Assembly (NCBI RefSeq): GCF_037042905.1
Contig: NC_087246.1
Coordinates: forward strand, 5,520,001 to 5,584,000
Length of the DNA stretch: 64,000 bases
Source of the DNA: Lytechinus pictus
Taxonomy: Eukaryota
Reading direction: 5' to 3'
A model generated the notes under the pieces. It was given only the letters and a program-made list of their open reading frames with translations, searched no databases and had not been told where the DNA came from. The translations under genes were made by a program, and so were the position numbers. Positions 12,021 through 24,100 of this stretch are shown here, piece after piece. How positions within the stretch are numbered: the first letter of the stretch is position 1; every line of letters starts with the position of its first letter.

Positions 12021-12853
12021 CTATAGTTATACAGTTTAATTCTGCTATTTCATAAGCATTTTCACGTTTTAATGAATATAAATTTAGTACAAATTAATGA
12101 AAAGGGAAAAGAAAAGGAATTACTACGATCGTGTTGACCCGATTGTAAAAGGGTATATGTTTCTTGTTTGTGAAAATATTTGGCGACCCCCGATCTTTTA
12201 TCATAAAATGTTGTCTTCTATATAGACAATAAACGATTATCTGCATGGTACAAAGTCCAAACACGAACAAATATTACTGTGTTTGATTGATTGATTGATT
12301 TTATTTGTCAGGCAACTATGAACAAGTACAAGAAAATATGAACAGAAGTGTATACCTTGACAGGATAACCCATGAAAGCCGAGATGGCTTATTTCCAATG
12401 GGGTCCTTACATCAGTAATTGAAGACAATGTACATCTATGAAAAAACACCTATAGAAATCTACAAACTACATAAATTAAGTCTAGACCACTAAATTAACA
12501 CGATAAATTGTAAAACTTAATATATAAAAAGACAAAAGCAAATAAGTTTGCCATGAAAAACACGCAGTCAACAAAATATGATTAAAATAATTGTAAAACA
12601 GGTTGAGTAAACGATCATTACTTCTAAGTTACATATGAGAATTATACTAATAATCAATTTTTAGGTAGCGGTAAATGCATCGTAACTAATACAAGATTCA
12701 TGAATCGTAAAACCTAAGATATGAAAAAGTACAAATAAGTTTGACATCAAACTTTCACGCAAACAACAAAAGATGATGAAACAATGTAAGACAAGTTGAT
12801 TAAAAAAAATCATATCTAAATAGTTATATATATAAGACTACAATATTTAACAT

Positions 12854-13235
12854 TACAGAGTTTACACAGTGACTCGGCTCGGAGGTTCGACACGCTAGCC
12901 GTGCTCATCACGGCAATTTTATGCTGTGTAAACGTGATCAGTGTGATCTGCGAATCGTGTCGAACTCGGCTTTTTTGATCCGCCAAAATCGTAGGTTTCA
13001 ACCTACGAGCTGAGTCAGACTCGCCTATTTTTTCGTGTGTTAACAGAAAGCCGTGTCGAACCCGCATGACCTAGGTCAAACATCTATATACGGCTATTCG
13101 ACATCCGTTTGTGATCCGCGGACCATGTCGAACTATCTTTTTTTCAGTATAAACGCGATCACAGTTGCCCTCTTCGCAGCGTTCGACCATGCTTGAGGAG
13201 TCAACACTCGAGCCGAATTGTGTGTAAACGCGGTA
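12854..13235. mobile_element. PIF/Harbinger-like MITE
   Basis: tacagagtttacacagtgactcggctcg / cgagccgaattgtgtgtaaacgcggta. Confidence 0.65.
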
Positions 13236-13380
13236 TAAGTCAAGTAACGTAATATAAAACATTGCTTCCCAAAGGAGTTCTCGAAAATATACCTTTCAGC
13301 GAAATCATCCGTCTTTCTCATTTCTATAATGATAGATGTTTTTTCTTGACATGTTTGTGTTTAATATGATAACTGTACCC

Positions 13381-13924
13381 CCCGGGGGGCACTCAGTATA
13401 TAATGCATAGTGGGTATGTGCCGCGGAGGGGACCCCCATTTTTACACTCAATTTTCCGTTCCAAGGCATAGCATTTTTGTCTTTAAAAAAAATTGAGAAA
13501 AAGAACAAAGAAAGCCGCTCCAAAGCATAGCATTTTCTTCTTATCGAGAAAAAAGAAGAAAAAAAATCCGCTCCGAAGCTTCGCATATTTTCCGTTACGC
13601 CGTTCCGGCCGTATTGATCTGCTACAATTAGCCGCAATTTTGGTGAAAAGCGGCCGCAGACCGCTGTCCGACCATCGCCTCTGCGCTAGCGCACCCGGCG
13701 CCCGTACCGCCGGGCTAGCTGCATGCACGTTCCATAGGGATGCATACTAACTCACACGCAGGCGACCCGTTCCAAGGACCCCCGTTTTCACAAACATTTG
13801 TAGTTCCGAAGCCCGTTCCGAGGACCCTCCTTTTTGCAATAAGCCCGCTCCAAGGCCCCCGTTTTTTGTCTCGCCCGCGGCACACACCTACTACTTTTTT
13901 GGTCGAGTGCCCCCCCCCCCCGGG
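13381..13924. mobile_element. GC-rich non-autonomous element with CCCGGG termini and 8-9-bp TSD
   Basis: cccggggggcactc / gagtgc(c)nggg; flanks actgtaccc (13372-13380) and actgtacct (13925-13933). Confidence 0.8.
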
Positions 13925-15029
13925 ACTGTACCTATATTAGTTTCGCCTGTATAATGCAAGTCTAAGCATGCATGTTTTTTCTCTCTTAAACGCAGCCATT
14001 ATTTTGACTGCTGGTATAGTATTGTAGTCGGCAGGGGTGCAAGATCAGGCGCAAAAATGGCACCCCCTTTGCATGAAAATAATAGAGGGGCAGCTATTGC
14101 CGATGGTGCTATTGTAGACCTAAATGTCTTGGTACAGACAATGGTAATTATGTATGACACTGAAAACTTTATGAAATAAACAGATCCTCATAAATTTCAC
14201 TCCCTCACTTCTCTTTCTATCTCTATTCTTCCTCTTCTCCATAAGTTCTTCTTTTTCTTTTACTTCTTCTTCTTTTTATTCCTCTACAGGCGCTCTTCAC
14301 TTGCATGACTTGCTCCCCGGCCGATCCTTCGAACTCTTTTTCTCTCTCCTCTTAATCTGAAGAATATTATGCTGCTACTTTTGTTGCCCCTGAACTGTTG
14401 CATGCTGCCCGGCCACGTTTGTTATCATCATCATGTAATTACCACGTACCATAGTCATCATCACCATACAATGATTATGCGCGGCACCATTATCATCGTT
14501 ATTTTCGCTATTTTTCTTGGTTGTCATCCGGGTTGTCATCACATCATTTTAAAGATAATTTGGAAAATAGAACCCATTCTACCCATCATTGTGAGAGTTC
14601 AGCCCCCCCCCCCTCCCCTCCCGCTCGGTCGCCTACTTTCTGATTCTTTCTGATTCCCGGGACACCCATATGAGTCAGTTATTTTCTCACAATGCATGCA
14701 ATGTAAACATACCTTTACCCTGTGCGTTTACCACACTCCTGATACAGCATCGTTGCTGTCGATTTACGTCCAACGTAGCTACGATGAACACGGGATGAAC
14801 AACATTACCATACAGAGTATGCATGGTGCAGAGTCAAGTTTATCAGGATTGGATTGAAGTTTGTCATTTCAACTGCTCATAAAACGTGAGATCTGGGTTA
14901 CAGCATCCTAAAGCGTTGAGAGTTGGGATTGCATTTACCGTTGATTGTCTTCATTCTACTTCGTCTCATTATGCGGATCATCTGGACTCCTTTTGGAAAA
15001 TAATCACCATCTAAATATATCACTTAAAA

Positions 15030-15108
15030 ATGGCTGGAATCTCGAATTTAAATGTGCCGGTTGTTCTTTTATTTTCGTTTGCTATTCTGCAGACATCGGG
15101 CTACTTTG
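15030..15108 (+). CDS. IgGFc-binding-domain gene exon 1 (signal peptide)
   Basis: aaaaATGG context; MAGISNLNVPVVLLFSFAILQTSGYF; donor G|gtgaga. Confidence 0.75.
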
Positions 15109-18100
15109 GTGAGATTTTCTGTTTCGAAACGATCGTTTTATTTATTACTTATCATTCAAGTACAAATATTGAGCAACATGATGGACAGCTAGCCTTATTC
15201 ATAGGCATGTTTGTCAGCTATACGTAGACTTAATATCTCGATCAAAACAAGATATTCGTCAACATCATAATGGAATCAGTGGCGAGCTAAGGATTTCATA
15301 ATGGGGGCGTAAAAGCTAACCACATCGTTCAACGATATTTACATGTACAACTTTGGGTCCAGGTTATTAGAAGGGTGGTGTCTCCAGTGCCACCCCGACA
15401 CATTACTCCTGGGCATGCATGCAGGATGGATATAAAGGGATAATTTTTCCGCCTTTTTTCATCCTTTTCCTTAAAGATAACAATAGCTTGATTATTCGAA
15501 ATGACAGAATTTGTTAAAGCAACTGTTAAGGGGTATAGCTTAGCTTGGTTTAATCCTTAAGGTGGCTTGCTGAAATAATATTTGCAATGAGGCTTAAGTA
15601 TTTATATTTTATATGTAAATGGATTTTTTTTTCTTATAATCATCCGTCGATCGTCAAAAGCGAAAGCTGCTTATATTGTTGATTTGGGTAGGCCTGTTTT
15701 CATGGTTTTAGTTCATACTCACACATACATCTCGCTGCATGTTTGCCACTGTGTTAAGTTTTTTGTTGAAAAGGGGAATCGGAGGCTGCCCCAATAATGA
15801 TCATAATATTATCAATACAGTATACATCGATGTAGACCTACCATTATGGCCTAAAAGCCTTTGAAATAATTAAGTTTATCAAGAAAAGTAAGGCCACAGA
15901 GATTTACATGCAATCCGTGTGAATACAGGGTACAGTTTAACCATGGGGATATAGCTTCTCTCTCCGTTGGTTTTGATATGAAAGGGGGAAGAGGCACGGA
16001 CGACAAACTGTCTTGTGTACACTTGAACGATGTAGCAATATCTGCTACCAGTGAAAGTATTCCATCTCGACACACGTACAGGAACTTAACGTATAAACAG
16101 CTAGTATACATAATCAAATTATGATTATCCACTTTAAAAGAATACTCTCCGTTTTCCCTTCTTCTATCTTGCTATCGAGGATCATGCGTCGTGGTTTAGT
16201 GGTTCTGACTCTGGCCTTTCAAACAGAGGATCGTGGGCTCGAACCCTAGCCATGGCGTGATTTCATTCTGTAAAAAAAAAATATCCACACTGTGCTGCCT
16301 CCGACAGGTTAGGTGAATGGGTACCTGGTTGGATTATTTGATTGAATGCAAACTGGTAGCTCGGGATAATGATAGAAGCACTTTGTATCCTCAGGTAAAA
16401 AGCGTTATACAAGTTCTTCTATTAATTTTCTGATATTTATCATTGAAACTACATAGCTTTAAAATTACTTTTAGTTCCTGTTTGCGTAAGAAATTATTTC
16501 TAATTATTGAATCGCTTTATTGCAAATCCCGAACATGACAATATGAATATTTCACTTCTGTATCTTTTACACTAAAGCTATAGATAATAAAATCGAGACC
16601 TGATAGACTTGCAATCAACCTAAATTATTGATCTATTTTTTATACTGGTCCATAATAATATGGTACAATTCCATTCTACATTGCAAGCTGTATAAATGCT
16701 ACACTTATTTTAATAAGATGTCGAAACCTTCACTCGGCCATGCATGTCCTTCCTTTCCCGTGCCAGCGCTTTGGCTTCCATTTATTAATTCCAACTATGA
16801 CAGGCAGACTATGAGAATGAAATTTCCAAATATGAGTGCACGGGGGGGGGGGGGGGGGGCTATCGGAATGATTCTTTATCAAACTTACGTGGTTTTTAAA
16901 ATTATTTTGGGGGGTAATAGCTAGTATACGTTACCAAATTACATTTTGCATTGCGATCGCCACACAGTAGATTTTCTCGTGTGCCACGCGATTTAGAGGA
17001 TCAAATTTGCACATATCAAAACAATGATTGAAACTGTAAACAAATGGATCTTGAAACCAGTTTAGCAAATGCAGTCTTGAGTGAGGGGCATTTAGCAAAG
17101 ACTAATTAAGAAATTTATATGCTGCAGATTCATACCCCTTTTCTTAGGCTTATATGTGGCAAAAACAAAGGCCTACCCCCCCCCCCCCACACACACACAC
17201 CATTGCATTCGATGAGTGCTTTGATTGGTTTATGATCAAATAACCATATAAGTCAATTTATTGGTATCATACGATTCATAAATATTATAAAACCATTATC
17301 CCATGATGCAGCGGATACAGTAGGTCTAAATTACCTTTGTAATAAGCTAAACGTGGGGATTTGTCATGGCCAAATCCATGTAAGGGTAGAAGAGCGACCA
17401 CTCGAGGAATTTTGCATTTTTAAATTGCAAAATTTGGCAAACTTAGGCACTTTGATTGCATTTAAATGTGAATCAACACTTTAATAGCAGTATTAATCAC
17501 TTGATGATTAAAACATATCGTTTCTGTCTTGCAAAAAGGGGGATGATTGTACATGCCACCCCCTCCCCGAAAAGTTGTGGCGGGAAATATCCCCCATTCC
17601 CATCCCCCTATGTTTAAACCCGTGGACTTTGTTCATAGCAGAGTCTTATTTTGCACGGTCCATCAAAATGTTGGCAGCAATTAGTAATCTATTTAAAGGT
17701 TGAGTAGTGAACATTCTGCAGTAGATAGTTTAAGATGTCTCACAGATTAACAATTTCAAAAGACAGAGGTTTATTGATCAGGCATTACTAGTCCTCACAC
17801 GCCGTTGTGTTCAAGACTAAAAACAATATCTAAGCTAAATAATAATTCTTTAGTCAGTCACCCGCAAAATAGCTTTTAAAAAATTTGTCGTCTGACAATC
17901 TTTCAGATCTTTCAATATTCCTTGATTTTGATTGACTGAAAATCAAGCACAGATCTGACAGTTAATATGGTATACTGTCGGATAAAAAAAATCCGACGTG
18001 TCTAGCTTTCATGAAACGCTACCCTTACTTAACAAAATATCCTCAGACAGTTGAATAATGTAGAACTTAGTTACCATGGTAGCCTATCTAAGTATAAAAA

Positions 18101-21100
18101 TCAGAATGTGGTATGCAATTATAAATTACAATGGTAGACGTGCCTCGTCCTTCGCCGTATCTACAATCTAATTTCTCCCCTACATGTCATATGTGGGTTG
18201 GTACAATTTGGCTATAATTTGCCAGGCAGGTGCATTAAAGTAATTAAATTGCTTGTCGGTGGAAGTCAACGAAAAGAAGGTTGATTTCGTTATACCTTGT
18301 AGGTTACTGTACCTGTATTTATATTATGACACTGGCTGAAACTTTGATATTCATGAATATCGCATGTAGGTTTTCTGTTTGTATTCAGTATCATGTTCAT
18401 CATTTTGAAGGACCTCACTAGTACAAGCATAAGTTGTTTTATAGGGATCCTGCAGAGGTACTGGCTATATATATATGGAGACTAGACTTGTCCGTTCGCT
18501 TGGCACTCAATCATACTTGCAGATGATGAAACTCCCTTGCCAAACTTGCTACTCGATCAAGCATGGACAATATATTTTTGGCCTGGTCTGTCTAGCTCGA
18601 TCATGTCGATCTGCAAGAAAATCGGGCCATAATCACGGTCAATGTCCCATGTACATGTTAGTCATTGTTTTACATTGCTCTGATATAATTTCATTTTATT
18701 TCAACATGACCAAAAACCAAAATTCAATTTGAGAACCAGATCAGAATAGTCGGGTGTCGACATGGTCGATCTCTTTATCAACCTGGATAAAAAGATCTTT
18801 GGGTTTGACTGAGTATGCTAGTTCTGTTGTACAACATAAATTCAGGCTTTAGAGGAACAAGACATCTAAAATATATCTGATTAACAACAATCAATAAATT
18901 ATGTATTGATAATTAACACATGGCGCCTATACCGTCCCAGTACACACACTCCCACCTTATGCACTCCCATTCCCCCTATAATGTTTTGAGATAACCAAGT
19001 CGTGTAATATTCGAAAAAAATATCGATGTTATTGCTGTCAATGTCGCAAAGACAACCCATGAATGGAAAAAAGAGAAAGGAGTGAAAATAATTATAAACC
19101 CACTATTTCAAGGATTGCGAGTAATTCTTAGTTGATCGGCTTCGATCGCGTCTCATGCATACAATTAAATATATTTGCAAGAATTGGCCGACTCTCATAC
19201 AATGATCAATCTTAGTGACAACTTGATATATCCAGGCAGAAAACTCTATGACTGTATTTACCGATGAAAGTGAAAATACTGATGATGGTTTATGATAGTC
19301 ATGGTGATGATAGTGAGAGTGATATAATTATTTTTATGATAATATTACGTAGAAAAACAGATGAAGAAATCGAAGAACAAAGCTAGTGTATCAAACAGAG
19401 AGTAATATGTGATGTAATTATATATTACCCACGTTATTCAATATTATGAAGCCACTTTTTAGGTCACCCCACCCCTCCTATCGAGGCATCCCTGTGTCAT
19501 TCCTGACTATATATGAACGACCAAGGTATCCTCATCGTTGGGTATATGGTTTCTCTACCGGCCAGCATAATAATTGTCCTACCGAGCAGTGATTACGTCC
19601 TGGATAGCAATGTTCAAGCCTTCTTGAAGTCCTCATAATGATAGGTACTGATGGGGCAAGCTGTATCGACCAACCAGACCGGTATATTAATCACCACCTA
19701 CATCTGGCAATTGATGTCTAATTTGGCAATGAATGGCTTTGTGTTGTCACGGTAGTCGAATTTTTGTCGTTGAATCAAGACGTTTGTCTCCAGGGAGAAT
19801 AAGAGGCACAGGGGGCAGGTATTGAATCTACACCCCTTTTCAACAAGCTTGGCACCGTAAATAGCCTCTTGGGTTGGTCATCATTTCTATGCTTATAATC
19901 ACTGATATTCCTTTGATGATAATGATAAAGGTAGTGATGACAATGATTTCAATAAAAATGTAATCAATGAAATGTTATCGGTAATAATAATATTCATAAT
20001 AATAATAATGATAATAATGTTAATAATGATAATAAATAATAATAATGATAATAATAATAATAGCAACAACAACCACCACAACAACAACGATAATGATAAT
20101 AATATTGATAATGAAAATGAAAATGATGGTCAAAATTATGACAATAATTAGAATCAGTGGCGTAACTACAATAACAATTTTCAGAAGGCATAACATGGCG
20201 TAGACCTACAGGCAATTTCGCTCCCAAATGATTGTGAGAGCGCGAAGCGAGTGAGCAAAAAAATAATGACCTTTTGGGGATGAAAATCTAAATTTTCTAT
20301 GCCCTAGCTCTTTGCATTCTGATATCATGACACTTTTGAATTGAAACGTATTGCACTTCATAACAAGTACTTTATCAAAATAACAAAATAAGAATTAAAT
20401 TGTTTTTGTTTCTACTTAGATTCGAGTCGAAGTAGTGATGCATTCGGTCGTCGATTCATCGTTACCCTACCCATTGAAGTGGATACCAGTATACGAATGG
20501 TACATAATATTTATGTATCATCAAGAAGCAGGTACGTATTGAGCTGCAACTCTTTCAAGTGTTTTGGAGGGGAAACAATTCATGCGCTCATTATTTGCGG
20601 TGGGAGATTAGAAAAATAGTATAAGTCCATCAAAATTTTGTGTCCATGTTACGATGGATATAGTTGCATAAAGCCCGCCTAGTGCTTGTAGGTAATTTTC
20701 CACATATTCTCTGTAAGCCAAAGCACTCCCCAGAGTTATCGACCTCAATCTATAGATAATCATATGCACACGTTGCTAAATTACCTTTATATGATATATA
20801 TATATATATATATAAGTAGATGATATATATCCCCTATGCACAACATTAATTTTTTTCTTCAATTGATCCCAACTCCAAAAAATATTGATATGATTTCAAC
20901 GTACTATAGTACTCTACGAAGTCACACCTTCCTGAATCAGTCGTTATGTTTTTTTTTTTGTTTTTTTTTTGGGGGGGGGGTGTCCATCACGAAACGCTTA
21001 TTCTGGATCTTGGTTAGATGTGGAAGTATCGGAGAATGATAATTGTTCCGGGCGACCTTGCAATGGTCATTAACTACAGACTTCATCAACACCTATCTAT

Positions 21101-24100
21101 ATTAATACCAGGACCATGTACGCAGACACGGTTGCCATGGAAACATGCGTCCATTGATAGCCACGTGCTTAGCGGAGCACGATGGTTCGTAATCGAAAAA
21201 TCATCTGCACGTTAAAGATAGAGTAATGCATTTGAAAAATACTGCCTTAAACATGTATATATCACTTTTGCGGGTTTTTTTAATAAGATATGCTTACAAC
21301 CGCCTTAATCTTAAAAGAGGGAAGCTAGAATTTCAATGTCGTCATTTTGAACTACATTATTACATCTAACTCCCGTCCATCCTCGAACCCAATTTTTTTC
21401 AATTAATGTGGGGGGGGGGGGGAATGGTCAGCCCCCATCCTCTTTCAAGATTGTCCTGCGGTCCCTGTTTTGCGTATATGTTATTAAGTTCACCAACCAT
21501 TCAGTACTCGTCTGATTTGCTCTTCTTGTTTTCAATTTTCAAAGCGAAATTGTACAGGTAAGCGTCTCAAGACCAAATACATCATGGACTATTCCCAACG
21601 TAGCAATCCAACCGGGCATCGTAGCCAACATCACCCTCAATATGACAGGAACACTCAGGATTCCTTTCAATCCTAATGGAATACCTATCCAAATCGATTC
21701 ACAACATGACATCGGTGTGTGGGTCATCCCCGGTCGTGGGGATTCAGTTCTAGGTGGTTACCGGGCGATCCCAATGGAGGCACTTGCTCAACATTATGTT
21801 TCCGTTATGTACCCGTCTTCCGCTTTTTCATCAGAGGTCATTCTATTTAATCCTCTCAATGAAAGCAATGAAATCAACATCTATCATCAAAATACAGATA
21901 TGACAATAACAATTGACAACGTCACGAGAGCGGTCCACACTATTCCTGATATCCCTAACTTGTTGACAATCCCGAAAGTGGATTCGGCAAAGATTTCCTC
22001 TTCTTCAGATCTGAGCGGATTAAAGATATCAGCTGCGAAGGCTATGTGGGTGACGTCTGGTCGAAATTGCAGTAGGTCTCCTCAAGCTTGTAATGACCTC
22101 TTGGAGCAGCCAACTCCACTTGGAGCATGGGGACAGTCGTTCGTCATCGTTCCGCAGATCACCAACGGGCCATCCATCATGAAACTTAGAATCATTACAG
22201 CCTTTCTACACATTGATACTACAGTGTCTACATACACCACATCAGGATTACTCATGAAAAACTGGACATTGACAGAAAAGGCGGTGTTTAAAGATATCAA
22301 TGTCACACAAGGTAGACTATTCACGATTAGAGCCAACAAACCCATTATGGTCACCCAGTTCTATACGGACAAGCAAAGAAGGTTAGACTATGCTGCCATG
22401 TCTAATATTCCACCTGTTGAGCAATTCACTAATCGAACAGTTGTCTTCCCTGCTCAGAACGATCGTATATTTAATAACACACTGGTGGTAATAACTCGAT
22501 GTGAGCACAGAAAAGACATTCTCCTCAACAACAAAGATATCTCAAACAATTATTCAGTAAGTGTAAACTTTAATTCGATGCAAAACTCTTCCGTGCACGG
22601 GGCATACTGTGTTTTCAACACCACATTAGTATCAGGGTCGAATCCTGGATCACATACTTTGAAACTCAGAAGTAATGCTAATATTGGCGCTGTCTATTCA
22701 GCCATTGTGTATGGCGTAGGTACAAAGGAAGCCTATGCCTACCAGGTAGCTTCAGATCTACAGGAGATTGTATGTGGTATGGAAGGTGGCCACGTTAGTT
22801 TATGTGAATTCTATATTCCTCCAGATTACATCACGCCTTCCATGAACGATACAAATAATCCTACAGGTGGATCTGAGGATACGAATAACACAAACAGTAA
22901 GTGTTAAAAAACAATTTTTTGTTTAACACATTGAATAGGATACAAACTGTAATAATTCACTTAATAAGTTCCTATAATTCATTCAAATACGTCAATGAAT
23001 TTACTCAATCCTAGTAAGCGCTTAGAAACATTATAAGCGCTCTGTAGTGTTTTATTATCATCATTATTATTACTGTTATTATTATCGTTATTATTAAGTT
23101 TCAAACCATATGTCTTTGTCTTTCCGAACGAAATCGGTTAAACAGGCAGGATAATAATCTTCGAAAGATATACCTAAATCTTCATTTGGTTCATTTTCTT
23201 TGGAAAATGGAAAATCATTTTGTTTCAATATGTAGAATCTGCTCATAATGATTCTCTGCATGTAGGTGTAAATGTTCGCAAAAAGGGTTAATGACATTTT
23301 CATTTCGAATTCCTCCTTGTGGAATAACCGTGCGCGTATTGGCAAATAATTATAAGCTACAAAACCATGCATGATTTTTTTTTTCAAAATTGCCCCCCCC
23401 CCCCCTCTCCCCCTTCGAATTGGTTGATTGCCCCATGCAACTGATTAACGTCGCGACTGTTTTAGGATCAGTAAGATGGATGGTATTATTTCAAAACTTG
23501 AAAATTATTTGAATCAGTCTCAGCCGTTTCCACGAGAAAGTCTGGAATACACATGTATATCACATTATGGAAGAACACGAAGAATAGAGCATTTCTTGAA
23601 TAGCCTATCTTTCTCTCTCCCCCATCTATGCCATTCTTCCTCTATCTCTCTCCCTCCCTTTCTATCTCTCTCTCTCGATCCTCACCTTTTTCTTGATTCA
23701 TCTAATTGTCTTTTTTCCTATCTCCCCCCCTCTCGATCTCTCTCACTCGATCTCCCACTGCCATTCTCTACCCCCCTTTATTTTACGCACACTCCCTTCA
23801 TCTTCCGTTCTCTTGACAGGACACAATCACACCATTGCCGTTGTCATAGTGTTAGTCATTCTCTCATCTCTAGCAATAATCATCATCGTGATCGTCGTCC
23901 TGGGGAGTTGTGCCAAGGACAAGTAAGTAATTAGTCAAGTATCAGTATATAAATACCTGATTAACATGATATCAATGATGGTACACTGCAAAAATTCCGG
24001 TGTTGATTTAACACCAGCCCGGAATCTATGTCCACACCAGAGAAGTATTGAAACAACACCAGTTTGGAATCAAACCGATGCTGTTCTAATATTAATTGGT

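Noticed and set aside
16178..16260. tRNA genes at A/B-box sequences (also ~33480-33561 and 36212-36285)
   Set aside because: No complete cloverleaf; each continues into a SINE core and tail
19450..19800. Possible LINE endonuclease remnant on minus (RND..GGVG-like)
   Set aside because: Too degenerate to support without a profile search
19899..20227. Hydrophobic or low-complexity ORFs (also 14369, 23476, 50241, 61834)
   Set aside because: Translations of microsatellites or pyrimidine tracts
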